Shown one piece after another: positions 1 to 12,198 of a DNA stretch of 64,000 nt (positions are counted from its first letter, which is position 1; each line of letters starts with the position of its first letter). The DNA comes from Vitrella brassicaformis CCMP3155 (lineage: Eukaryota > Protista > Chromerida). The stretch is from positions 101,961 to 165,960 of the forward strand of contig CDMY01000214.1 in the NCBI GenBank assembly GCA_001179505.1, read 5' to 3'. The position numbers were made by a program, and so were the translations under genes. The notes beneath the pieces were generated by a model, which had not been told where the DNA came from, did no database searches, and saw only the letters and a list, made by a program, of their open reading frames with translations.

Positions 1-101
1 GGATTTTCTGGCCGGGCTGGGAATGCTGTTCGCCGGCATAGGCCACCTTGCGTCAACGCTGTCACCGCAACGGCCCCATTCACCTGTGAATGAATAGGTA
101 G

Positions 102-139
102 CCGTTCATCAACAAACAGCCCGTTCATCAACAAACAGC
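102..139. repeat. Perfect 19-bp tandem duplication (ccgttcatcaacaaacagc x2)
   Basis: Identical units at 102-120 and 121-139, read directly. Confidence 0.95.
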
Positions 140-950
140 GGGGAAGAAGCGATGACGAGCCTGCCGCCTCGCAGACGAAGGAATGGAGCCGCTCTGCCAT
201 TTCCAGCTCTCGCTGATGCCGGCATCCCTCCGTCGGGGGCCCTCTCTGATTCACCACGTTTGCGAGTACAGATGTGTGGATGACGGGATGACATGTGGAG
301 CGGGTTTGTTCATCCATTCTTGGCCTTGCATTCGTCCTGCCTGGCGGGATGAATGTCATCCAATCAATGGGGTTTGTGCCGATTGTAGCTTGAGTAGATG
401 TGAATAGAGTAGGGGCTGTGTTGTACATACATACAGACCCACGTATCGCTTGAGGGTGTGGTGTATGGCTGTGAGTGGACCGACATGTGGATCGATCCAC
501 ATTTATCCATTCAGCCAACACAGACGTACATTTTCATATTCCCTCATTGTCTATCTGTCTCTCTGTCACTCGTTGCGGCCACCTGACCCATGCACTTCAC
601 TTCCACTCAGACACACATACGCGCACACACACGAGGAGAGATGAGAAGGGGAGAGAGAGAGAGAGAGGGGGGGGACCTCATCCGCTGTCGAAGTCGACAT
701 GCAGTGAAGATAAGAAGTTGGTTCTATGAGATAACTGGCGCACTTGAGCATACCTGTGGCTGTGCCACAACAAAGGAAACGGCACGCATCCAAAAGCCCC
801 TAGATCCGGTGACACCGAAGCCGTCATCAGCACTGTAGAGTACTCGACCTCTGAATGAATGAATGCCACATTGAAAAGTGCTGTTGCACTGCGTTGAAGA
901 GAGACACACACGCTTATATGTCTATAGTTGAGTCGAGAATTTAGTGTTGG

Positions 951-1354
951 CTAACCCGCTTTTGCCGCCATTGCTTTTGCCGCCATTTTCTTGCCGTATC
1001 GATTGCACTTCGTGCATCCTCCACGCACTCAAGGAACTTGGCACGATTACAGCAGGCCCTCCAGAGGGCCAGTAGGTCAGAGAACTCGCTGCTGTACCTG
1101 GTCGGTCACACCACTAGCTCCAACAAGCTGCACCACACACAGTAGAAGCGATCCAACATCATCGCAGCCCCATGGACCGACTTACTTGTCCTTGATAGCT
1201 TTCTAGCCGATCATGTCCTGCCACGTCACCCGTCTGGGCTCGTTCGCTGTCGGCTCGCTTTTGTAGTCGATAATGAGCTCGTTGATGTTGGCTATCAGCT
1301 TCTCGTCCTCATTGCCTTTGCCCGAGCGACGGAAAGGCAGAGAAGGACCGGCTC
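951..1354 (-). pseudogene. Decayed AAA+ ATPase fragment (spastin/fidgetin/katanin-like, N-terminal part of the AAA module)
   Basis: Spliced reading gives NEDEKLIANINELIIDY..RVTWQDMIG*KAIKD|NLLELVV*PTRYSSEFSDLLA..(EGLL)..YGKKMAAKAMAAKAG*. This parallels the family pattern (V.W.DI.G...K..L.E.VV.P...F.GL...G.LL...GKT.LAKA.A). In-frame stops occur at 1203-1205 (TAG) and 1106-1108 (TGA, where Trp is expected), plus a frameshift; splice sites are at 1185 (GTAAG) and 1128. Confidence 0.6.
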
Positions 1355-1533
1355 CTGAGGGGTGCAAGCAGACATGGACAGAGGCGTAGTCACCCTTGAA
1401 TGGCAGAATGGGAGTGTTGGATACCTTGCTTCTTGTCATTGTTGCCCTCCTGCGTCTCCGTGTTCTCGGTCTCCCTGCACGTACACACAATGGATGTTCG
1501 ATTGTTCGATTGCATTTGTCGTTACTTTTGTAT

Positions 1534-1770
1534 TCATGTCGGTAATTGCAGCGTCTCGATCTGAGAGAGTGTGCGCGGCATCACCATGGTCACCATAGCA
1601 ATTCGTCGGGCCTTGGCGAGCTCATGGATGTGCTTCATGTGCCTGGTGATGTTAGAGTACGTCCGTACAGACTGCACGGACACAGTGCGAAGCCATCCGC
1701 ATCCGTGTGTTATGTGTTCTCTATTCGATTTCCACTGCCTACGGGAAATCGGTAATCTCACTTTGATCAC
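1534..1770 (-). pseudogene. Isolated exon resembling the last helix of a GST-like C-terminal domain (paralogous to ~18240-18340)
   Basis: VSVQSVRTYSNITRHMKHIHELAKARRIAMVTMVMP matches VSVQSVRTYPHVIRHVQHIHKVAKARGMTMDTMAMP at ~18240-18340. Both resemble the 'YPN.TRWF.HIQ' helix of GST-like domains. Confidence 0.5.
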
Positions 1771-1832
1771 GGTGGCAATGGTATGGGTAAAGAGAATCTA
1801 GGCTGCGTGAGCCAAAGCCCCGCTTTGACTTG

Positions 1833-3634
1833 TTATAAAAGCTGAACATCTGGATTGCAGAATCGCTTCCACAAATAGAGGGCCTGTTGCAAGTCCCGCC
1901 TGTCATTGTCTGTCTCTGCGTCCTCACTCCGACACTCCAGCAGCTCCACAACTTGATGGAAGCGCGTTGAAGGCGTCATATACTCGAAAGAAGCCGCCAG
2001 CCCATCGTGAGACAGAACATGAGAGCATCTCAGCTTCCGAAAGGCCATCTTGGCAGCCTCTCCTCGCTGGCGAGCCCCATTGATCCTCACAGCCGCAGCC
2101 GCCTCTGTCTCACCTTCAAAAGCCATTGACTGGTCACGCGTCACGATCGCTTGGATGAAGACATCTTTGATAATGAGCAATTCTCCTTGGTTGTGCCTTG
2201 TGAGATTGCGGGCAAACCACCCGTCTCCATTGGGATGTCCCATCTTCTTCACGTCTTCCGCCATCGATGGCAAGCCAGAGGTCAGCAGAAACAGCGCCAA
2301 AATCGCCGCCTGCTCCACATCACTGGTGAGAAGGGCGCGTATTTGTTCGCGAGAGACCTTCAGCCTGGGGATGCAGAAGGGAGGCCCGGTGTCTCTTGTG
2401 GTGGTCTCGAAGAAGAGGTCTACTGCCTGAGACGAGAGTCTGCCTAGCGTGTGGATGAAAAGGGGAGAGGCAAAAGGAGGGGGGCTGAACTGCCACACTT
2501 GCCTTAACGAAGCCGCTGTTATTCCACATATAGCTATGCTAATGCTTGCAATATCCATAGCCATCTGGAAGTCGATGATGTACAGCTGAAATGTGCCCTT
2601 CTCACCAGCCGCTGCTCCCGCTCGCCACGCAACGCAGACGTTGAAAGGTGATAAGTCCAGATGCATTATGCCCCACTCATTGAGCTTGGCCGCCGAGGAA
2701 GTGAGATGAGAGGCGAGACGACGCCATGCCCCGCGTGGAATGCAGCTGAAAGGCCGATTATCAGCAGCACCATCACCACCACCACCACCAGCAGCGACAG
2801 CAGCTGGCTGGCCGCTTGTGTCGTGGTTGGCCTGGGCAGCACACGCCTCAATGCGCGTCGCTTCGGCTTCAGATGATAGAAAGCCTGAGGCACGACAGCG
2901 AACGCCAATAAGGTCAGCTAGATTGGCACACACAAAATCGCCACCCACATCGCCGAAAGTGCCTGAACCAAAGACAGATAGAGACTCAGACAGGCAGATG
3001 GAGGGCTCAGGCCAGTCTTCTTACGTATCTCAGCAGAGAGAATGAACGGCCCCTCGAAGCCCAGCCACACGTCGTTGAACCGAAGCTGAAACCCGCACGG
3101 CAGCTCATCCGATAGCAACAGCGGCGGAACAATGAACTCTGACGGCTCAAGACCAGCCGCCACCTGCTTGCGATGCAGATACTCATGTACCTGAGCCTCC
3201 CACCTCAGCGTCCACCGATGTTGGCGATAGTCATTTTCATCGAGCGGCTCCGTGTTTTGACCAAGAGGCATGGTGGGTGGTGTCGCCATCTTGAGCACGG
3301 CCCGCTCGCGTATTGTCTGCGGCTCTCCACCGTCCGTGGCTGTCGTCGTGGAGTGCAACCATCCTCTCAGTTTGGTGAAGAGCCGACTGATGCCCAGCGG
3401 CCGGGCGTCGGGTCTGAAGATGCTGTTGCGGCCTGGCTCGAGCACAACGTTGCCGTCGTTGTCCAGCCGAAAGGGCGCCGGCGCCTCCGGCTCGTTGGTT
3501 GATCTGCGGCGCCCCGAGTCAAGAATGTGGTCAAGCAGCACAGGCACTGACGGAGGACTGGGGGTGTCGGCGGGCTCTGGGGACGGAAGAGCAGCTTCAC
3601 TTTTTCGCCTGGGAGGCGGCGGGCTCATCATCAT
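1833..3634 (-). CDS. Atypical protein-kinase-like protein, 579 aa, 2 exons (3634-3025, 2962-1833)
   Basis: A 62-nt GTAAG..CAG intron (3024-2963) joins ORFs 2918..3634 and 1833..2948 in frame (..AEI-R-TFGDVGGDFVC..). Motifs: AVLKMAT (beta3 Lys), EAQVHEYL (alphaC Glu), HLDLSPFN (catalytic loop), IIDFQMA (DFG-like). Confidence 0.8.
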
Positions 3635-4819
3635 TATCTCTTGTTCTCGCCCCAGTCGCCCCCTGGGTGCGAGCCATGGGGTGCGAGCTTAAGCGAAGCG
3701 CCCCCCTCCTTTCTTTCCTCGATGCCGTCGACAGATATCTGACTCATCTCAGGTACTGTCCTGAGCCTGATCTCGCCAACAGTCGACGAGATCGAGTGAG
3801 ATCAGCATGTGCCGTACGCGAGTCAAGTGATTGAGCAGCTTCACCGGTCCAGCGCGTCAAGTTCATTCGGTCAGTGGTCATTCTACACACACCCGGAACA
3901 GAAGGAAGGGGATGGATGATTGACGTCTTCGTTCGTGTGTTTGCATACACACAGCGCTCTTCTGGTGGGTTCGTGTTGGAGCACGGCATGTGGCATGTCG
4001 TGTATTTGTCGGAGGCTGCGCGTGCGTGCGTCGCAGATAGATGGATAGATAGCCTGTATCACGTATCATCCGTACGTGTTGGTCCGCTTTTGTGCCGGGG
4101 TGTTTTTCTGTGTGCGAATGGTGACGCATGGTGGTCTCTCTGACACCAACGGCGGGAAGAAAACATAGCAGCGATGTCCATGCATGCAGAGCAGATGCGG
4201 ACAGCGAGTGGTGTCTGTCTGTCAGCTGCCAGCTGCCTCTCGCCGTCTGTCTGTCAGCCGATGAGAGACTGATGGCCGAGGGAGGGAGGAAGGGAGATCT
4301 GTCTTCTGTTTGTGCGTGAGAGTAGCTTTGTGGATGTGCGTGTGGGGGGGCTGTTTTCGTCGAGTGGGTCAGCATCAGTCGTCCACCATGATCCATGGAA
4401 GATGTGACCGACACGTGGAATGACTGATTCGATTAGTACAATGAATGTCGTTGTGCAATTTCACCACCTGACACCAATTCCGTCGGCCATCGTTAACCTG
4501 TACGCACGCACTTTCCTGGTCTCGGTTGCGTCTCTGTTGCGCCCATGCATTTATGTTACGTGCGTCTTCAAAGCTCTCCATGCTATGGCCAGGCCAAAAT
4601 CGATGTGTGTGAGGAAAAAGAACCCAGGGACGAGGTTCCCTGCCCCCCCCACTCCCCCCTCCGTCAGTGTCGCTGGCTTCCCTGCCTGGCAGAGACGTAG
4701 CCGGCCCACCCACCACCCACCATGAATCTCTCTTTCTCCCTCTGTGTGGGTGGGGATGGATGGTGTGTGCGTGCGGTATAGTCACACTTATCGCATGCAT
4801 GCATTCATGTACACATGTA

Positions 4820-5385
4820 TAGTGCACACAGGCAGACATACACAACTAAAAACAGCCAGCCAGCAGCCAATCGAGCTATCAAGTTATCGCACGTACAACC
4901 GATGTCATACCAATCAGCCTTTTCAATCAATCCGCTATCAATCAGTCCGGCCCGCCCCTTGTGCACACACACAGACAGCGGCTACGCCAAAGAGCAAAGG
5001 TGGGCAGGTAGGAGCTCTCTGCCGGGTGAGCAAAAGGACTCAAGTCATCCATCGATCCATTGATTCATCATCGCCACTTATCCACACACCCATCCCTCAA
5101 TTTCCCACCCTCCATCCCTTGCCCCCACCGTTCGGCTCGCTCACTGGCGCGGAGATTGTAGGTAGTGTGAATGTGCACACAGGCAGACATACACAGGCAG
5201 CAGCCAATCGAGCTATCGTACGTACAACCGATGTCATACGACCCTCGCCATGTCATGCAATCCAATACAACCACGCTCCATATGCACTTGCTCACACAGC
5301 CATCAATCAGTCCGGTCCGCCCCCTCTCTCGCTCTGTGTGCAAACGTACAGACAGCTGCCACGCCAAAAATCAAAGGCGGGTGGG
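4820..5385. repeat. Diverged direct repeat pair (~4820-5000 and ~5170-5385)
   Basis: Shared blocks gtgcacacaggcagacatacaca, cagcagccaatcgagctatc, cgtacaaccgatgtcatac, tcaatcagtccgg and acgccaaa..caaagg occur in the same order in both copies. Confidence 0.85.
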
Positions 5386-7018
5386 CAAGTGCTCTCTGTG
5401 TGTGTGTACGTGTGGCCCCTTCCTATGCACACGACAGACAGACAATGTATAGCACATTATGTATGTATGTATGTGTGTATGTCTGTATGCATGTACACTA
5501 GCAGCATCCACAACGCAAATATGTCGGCCGTCCAGCGGTTGCTCATCGACCGAGGCAGGCAGGCGGTCAGACAGACAGACAGACAGTCAGAGAAGACCTA
5601 TCCGACTGCGCCCATTGCCTGCCGTCCACCCATTACCTTACAGTCAACCATTGGAGGAGATGTGTGACTGCTAGGGGTAACAAGACGAGAAACTGCATGG
5701 ATGGGATGGGCCAAAAAAATCCGTGGTGGACTGCTGTGGGTGTGGTGTGTGTGATCGACTGACGTACGTACGTACAGACATGAGTGAGTGTACATATGCA
5801 CACATGCACATATATACATATAATACACACACACACATGGATGCATATACATGTGTAGAATGCGGTCTCACCTTAGTGTATATGTGCTTCAAAGCTCTGG
5901 CTGCGCCGCGGCCGTCACCGTCGACAGACGCGGCGCCGGTGTGTGTGTATCGCACCATCGAGTCGACCATGACGACTGCAAGCGTCAGACACAACGCAGA
6001 CAGCGGGAAAAAACCGCCCACCCACTGGCACTTACTGGCACGGATTCCACCCACCCATCCTTCACATCAGTGTTGCAGTACCATCCATCCATCCATGAAT
6101 CGGTCGCAGCCAGCCATCCAGCCACGCACGCAGGCCATCCATCCAGCCAGCCAGCCATCAGCACGTTACCGACGTCCATAGGCAGGGCAGCTAAATGCTG
6201 CTCTCTGACTGCTCGCTTAGGGTATGTGTGTGTATGTGTGTGTGTGTGTGTGGTGCACTCGTTGGTTTGTTGGCCAACGAGGAGCAGTCAGTCGTCTCTA
6301 ATACGTCCCGCCTCGCTGCTATCAGGAAATCCATCCATCGTTGGTACTGAGCGGCCAGTCAGTCAGTCGCCTCACGAGTACGCCGCTCTGGCTGGCTGCT
6401 CTGGCTGCTACGCGTGTACGATCCAGCGAGGTCGGACTGTCGGCACAGTGCTGGGCTGGTGTGTGTCTGTCTGTCTGTCTGTCTGCCTCTCTTTCTGTTC
6501 CCTTCCCGCACCCGTACTTACTTATTCACACACGCATGTACACGTCTGGACACCCACGCCCATCAACTCACAACACAAAAAGGCCGGCCACCCACGAGCA
6601 ACCAACGAGGAGGGCGGGCAGCATCCCACGCCATATTGCATCCCACTTAACGTGCACAAACAAAGCGACGTGCACCCATCCACTCACTCTCACTCACTCA
6701 CACGCCATCCATCCGGCCATCCATTCATCCATTCCCTCTCCCATCTGTCTGTCTGTGTGTCTGTGTGTCTGTGCACCCATCATTGAGCCAGCCAGCCACC
6801 TACGTACTTGGATGCATGCCCATCCCTCTCCCCCTCTCCTTTTCCCCACCCCCGCCATTTATCACACATACATTCACACAGGCAGTGATCGACAACAGAA
6901 AAACAGCCAGCGGTCAAGCAAGGGGCCATCCATCCATTTATCCATCCATCCATCCATTCAACACCACCGGCTCATCCCCCATGCACCCCTCCCGCCTTGA
7001 CCTACCGATTCCTCTCAC

Positions 7019-10000
7019 TCACTTGCGCGGCGGGGGGAACGGGACAAACGCCTGGCGGGTGACGGAGCCGACGCCCACGGGTGCACGGGGCATGATGGTC
7101 ATGCCGGCCGGGCTGCCGGGGGGCCAGGGCATCGAGGGTGCCTGCATGGGTGGGCTGCCGGGTGGCCAGGGTGCCGGGGCGACTGGATGCATGTTGAAAC
7201 GGTGGGCAGCAGGGAACCGCGCCGGTGCGGGTGGAACGTAGCTGAAGCCGCCGAAGAAACCCCCTACTGATGGACACATATATCATGACATCACACATGC
7301 CTGGGTGTAATGTGTCTTACTGCTTACCATTGGTCTGCGCCATAGGGTGTTGGATGACCGGAGGGCTGGGTGCCGCCACCTGCCAGCCGCCCGTCTTGGT
7401 GGCGACCTGCGGCTTGGGCAGCGTAACCAAACGCGGCGCGTTGGTGGCGACCTGCGGCTGGGGCGGCGTAGCCAAAGGCGGCGCGTGGCTGGGCGGGGCG
7501 TTGGCCGGGGCCACCGGCAGTACCTGAGTGAGCCACATAGAGGGATGGCAGAGGGGTGTGTGTGTGGGGGGGTGTTGCGACCGACCTTCTTGTCGTCTCC
7601 TGCCGTCTCGGCCGACTCAGGAACCTGCTTAAGACACACAAGAGAGTGGAAAGGAACCACAGAGAGCCAGAGAGGTGGATTGTGCGTGCCGTGTGCGGGG
7701 TGGTGTGGGCTTCGAAGGCATCACCTGCGCAGTCTTGTCCTTCTTGTCCTGCTGCTGCTGCTGCTGCTGGTGCTGGTGCTGGCGGTGAAGGAGTACGACG
7801 GTCTGCATGCAAAAATAATACATACATGACGCACACCACCAGTGTGTAATCACACAAGCTTGTGTGCGTGCGTATGCAGGGAGGGAGGGGGGCAGGGAGG
7901 TGCGTGCCTGGGTGAGGGTGTCGACTTTGGTGGCGAGTTGCTCGATTGTGGCGCTCATCGCCTTGTTCGACTCCACAAGCTCCTGCAGGAGTCAGTGGAC
8001 AAGAGAGAGGGAACCGAACACATTGCCGCTGTGTGTGCGTGTACGTATGTGTGAATGTGTGTTTTGGTGGGTGCTCCGTAGGTGCGTCATGCTGACCCAC
8101 CTTCTTGTCGTCAACCCCCTCCGCCACGGTATCAGCAACCTGAATACCACGGCGGAGTTGTGCGCCGTGTCCTGGTGTGTGTGTGTGTGTGTGTGGCATG
8201 CTGACTGCATCGAGTTTTTTGCTGATCGTCTCGAGCCCGCCGCACAGCGTGAGGTTGTCCTCGCGCAGCTCCTGAATGAAGGCACAGCGTCTTCGAATGA
8301 GTGTATGTGTGCTGTGGTTGAGCTTACCTTCACCTCGTTCAGGGTCTTGAAGACCAGACTGTGCAGGAACTGAGTGTGTCATGACACCAATACACGTAAG
8401 ACCCAGACAGATGGACTGGACGTGTATGTCACTACCTCGAGCTGCGTGTAGAAGTCCGAGGCCGCCGGCAGGTCTTCGTCGAGCTCGGTCGTGCTCTGCA
8501 TCTGTTTCAATGGCCACCGAACAGACACAGAAAATGGGCACATGCACATACCCACCATTAAGCTATGTAAGTACCTCGAAGATCCTCTGCTGTGAGGGCT
8601 GCATTGGCAGAGATACATCCATGCATCCAGCTGCCAGTGGGTGTATGTGCATGTGACTTACGAAGACCATCAGGTGCATTGACTGCAGCAGGGACGTCGA
8701 CTGCGACTGATTCGACAAGCGAACAGACACAACGAGATTCCATATCCGTTTTGCCATCGATCGCAATTTCCGCCGTGTATACGCACCTGAAACACTGGCT
8801 GCGAGATGAGAGGCCAGGTGGATAAACAGACACCATGACAGTGGGTGCGTGGACGTCGCAGCCGAGACATACACACACACACACACACACACACAACAAA
8901 GCAATGCAATGCAATGCAGGAGGGAGGGAGGGACTGAGTACGTACTGAGTGGTCCGCAGGTTCAGCAGCGGCAGCAGCAGCTGAGTCGACGCCATGGCTA
9001 ATCTGGTTTGACGCATGGACGGGCGGCAGGAACCGGCGGAGACAGGGTGTCTGTGGGCAGATGCCTGGCTGGCTGTCTGTCGATGTGTCTGTGCTCACCT
9101 TGGCCTTGTTGTCGTCATTCGCCGGCTCAGGCGTACACTGAAGGAGTGGTTATCAGTTAATGGACACACAGACACAGAGATGCATACATGCATTAATGTG
9201 TCAGGCACGCCAGGCCACCTACCTTGTCGCTGTCGCCGCTTGCTGCTGCCGCCGCAGCTGCAGCTGGGCATGTCTCGTCGGCGTCGGCAACCTGACAGGC
9301 AGCAACCACAACGGACGACAGACAGACACCATGGAAGAGCAACAGACAAGTGCTGCACATCTGCCTGCCTGTCTGTCTGTATGTCCGCCCAGTATGCACA
9401 TAGATAGATACTTGAGGTCACACACGCCGCCACCCAACCTACCTACCTACCTACCTCCTTGCTGTCGTCTTCTTGGCCGGCAGTGGCAGCAGCAGCAGCA
9501 GCCGCGGGCGATGAGGGCGTGTCCGGGTGGGCCTTGTGCTGCTCGTTCTTCTTCTTCTTCTTCTTCTTCTTCTTGTGGCGCCCCTGAACCACCAAACGAG
9601 AGAGAGAGGGAGGGAGGGAGGGAGGGTTGTGTGGAACGAAATGAATCAATGCTCAAGAGATATTCTTCCACTGACTGACTGACTGACTCACTGACTGACT
9701 GACTCACTGACTGACTGACCTTCTTGCCGCTGCCGCCATCGCCCTCACCGTCCCCCTGAGCAGACGACTGACGCAAACACACAGAAGATCGATACATATG
9801 GCACCCATCCATCCATCAGATCAGCGTGCAGCCGTCCGTGTGCTCACTCACCGGCTCCTGCTGTGCTGCTGGCGAAGAAGCGCCTCGTGGGCCTCGACCT
9901 GAGTGTGGCCATCATGGTGTATGTATATCCGTGTGTGTATCTGTGTGTGTATCTGTGTGTGTACCTAATCGGTGCCTTTGTGTGGGAGGGGCTGAGAGAA

Positions 10001-12014
10001 ACGTACAAGCGGTTCATACGGCTCGTGTCCGTGTTAGCCCTTCTTCTCACTTGTGTGTTCTTTGTGACGTAGGCACCGACTGCAAGCACGGCGTCCTGGG
10101 TGCCCGACACGAAGAACTTGACAATGTCCCCATGCACCTGCTTGCCCCAGACGTGGACTCTGCAAACGATGACAAGGAAACGACATGTGGATGTCTCCTC
10201 TCCTTCCTGGTCTTGTGTCCATCTGTCTGCCAAATCACTCACTGAAAGGGGCCGAAGTCCAGCTTGTCGAACTCAGCGAAGCTTACCTCCATCTTCATCA
10301 TCGCCCTGCCGTAGTTATCCCAGTCTCTGGGGATCTGCATAAGCCAGCACGGACATCCGTTCTGTGCGCTCCTCCCCGCCCCCCTCACACACTTGTACAC
10401 TGGCCGTCCGCTGGTGTGTGGGTGTCGGCTGGAGGACCTGCATTACACCCACACACACACACACACACTCCCACACATGCAGCTGCCGCAGTGTGCGTGT
10501 CAGTGTGGATGGGTGTCCTGACCTCCACTGCTTGAAGGTTCTCGAGGCGCATCTGGCCCGACTTGCTCTCGGCCTTCTTGAGCCTGCGTCAGGAACAAAC
10601 ACACACACACAGAGGGGCGTGTGTGAGCGGCACATGTGTGTGTGCGTGTGTGGTGTGTGTGTGTGGCGGACTCACCGCTGAATGATGTTGTCTACTCGAT
10701 CAGCGTTGAAAGTGTGGGTCTCCACGAGCCAGGACTTGAGCTCCTCGTAGTGCGGGCCCGCCCACTTGAACTCCAACTCGCCACCCTCAGCAACCTGCAT
10801 AACACACACACACACACAGGTGACCGTGTGTGTGGCTGAGCTGCAGGCCAGGCGTATGTACTTGGGGATCCTTGAACATGTTTCTGGCCTCCTCGAAGGG
10901 GAAGTTGTCCGGCAGCACGAACTTGTCGCCCTTCTCCTTGATCATGTGCTGGATGATGTTCTCGATGGAGTGGTGCTGCTGCACCAGCTTGTGGGCCGTG
11001 ACGGGCCCGATGCCCTTGATGGAGTCGCAGTAGTCGCAGCCGCACAGGATGCAGAAGTCGATGAACTCGTCCATGGTCAGCTTCAGGTCCTCCAACACCG
11101 TCTCGAGCGTCAACACGTGCACCTTGTTGCCGGGGTCCTCCTGCTCCGAGAAATTCAGGTGCCGAATCACCGTCGGCGACCTGCACTCGACCAACACAGC
11201 ACACGCACACACACACATAATCCCCCCTCCCTCCTCCCTCCCTCCCTCCTCCCTCTGTGTGTGTGTGGCCATCTCAAACACCCATCCAGCCCACCCGAAT
11301 GTGAGTGCGCTAGCGTCGTCAGTGGCGGTGGCGTAGACCTTGCCCTTGGCCGCGAGTTTGGCGCACTGTGCCTCGGCCTCGCACGGCGCCTCTACGACGG
11401 GTATGCCCAGGAGCTTGAGCAGGTGTTTGACTTCGTCGTTGTGCTGCTTGGTGATCTTGACGGTGCGGCCGATGAACTTCTTGACCTCCTTGTCGCCCGC
11501 CTCCTTGGCGGCCTCGAGGTCCTCCTCGGCCTTGGTCCGCTTGTCCGAACGCATCAGCAGCTCGCCGCTCTTCAGGCGGGGGGGCGCGCCGTCAAACACG
11601 TACACGGGCGTGATGCCAGCCTCTGACACACACACAGACACACACACACGCACACACACAGAGAGAGAGAGAGAGGGATGCACAGCGCACACCCCAACAC
11701 ACTCAGATGATTGAGATGCCGTGGCGTGTGCCAGTGTGGGTGTTTTGCGGGTCTTTACCGAGGAGCTTGACGACTCTGTCGAGCATGCCCGTGATGTACG
11801 AGGTAGTCTCTCCGCTCTCGTTGGTGAGGTTGGCGGACGAGAAGTTGGGGTCGTTGCCGCTGCTGCCGTCGCGGACGGCTATCATGAGCTGGTACAGCGA
11901 CATGGATGCGTCGATGGCTAGCTTCTGACCCATCAGAAAGTCGTACTTCTCGTGGTCCTTCAGGCTGCGGGGCGCCTGGTCGCTGATGAACTTGATCAGC
12001 CCCTTGATCCCCAT
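7019..12014 (-). CDS. FEN1: FEN1/XPG-family 5' flap nuclease-like protein (catalytic Asp replaced by Ser, PIP box degenerate), apparently fused to a long non-FEN1 C-terminal region (~20 further small exons)
   Basis: FEN1 exons are 12014-11759, 11622-11295, 11180-10862, 10794-10676 and 10583-~10523. They contain [49 protein letters not shown] and [16 protein letters not shown]. The chain continues through mostly phase-0 exons: IPRDWDNYG.., [11 protein letters not shown].., [16 protein letters not shown], ..[16 protein letters not shown].., and a Pro-rich exon at 7019-7270. One junction near 9850-9900 is ambiguous. The FEN1 identity is high confidence; the fusion is moderate. Confidence 0.8.
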
Positions 12015-12198
12015 CGCTCGCGAGGGATGGCTGGCTGGCTGGCTGGATGGATGGAGGCGCAAGGCAATATGCGATCTGCTGCGGCGGCCACAGCGGACTC
12101 CAACCGAGCACCCTGTCTGGGGGCAAGGGTGTCGTCTGCCTCTTGGGAGGGAGGAAGAGTCTAAGATGGAGAAGTGAACCAAACAAAACGATTAACCG

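Noticed and set aside
4560-4650. Minus-strand GNLVPGFFFLTHIDFGLA, resembling a kinase DFG region
   Set aside because: There is no HRD, Lys or APE motif nearby and a stop follows within a few codons; too short to call.
5865-5980. Exon-like block VVMVDSMVRY..DGDGRGAARALKHIYTK with plausible splice sites
   Set aside because: I could not link it to other exons or to any family.
4744-7000. Long ORFs 4744..5667, 5851..6786 and 6341..7000
   Set aside because: They are dominated by translated microsatellites (HT/CV/SI runs) with no recognisable domain.
10766-11626. Plus-strand 286-aa ORF and similar long ORFs opposite real genes (e.g. 41432..42046, 42958..43611, 57351..57764)
   Set aside because: These are antisense shadows of GC-rich coding exons.
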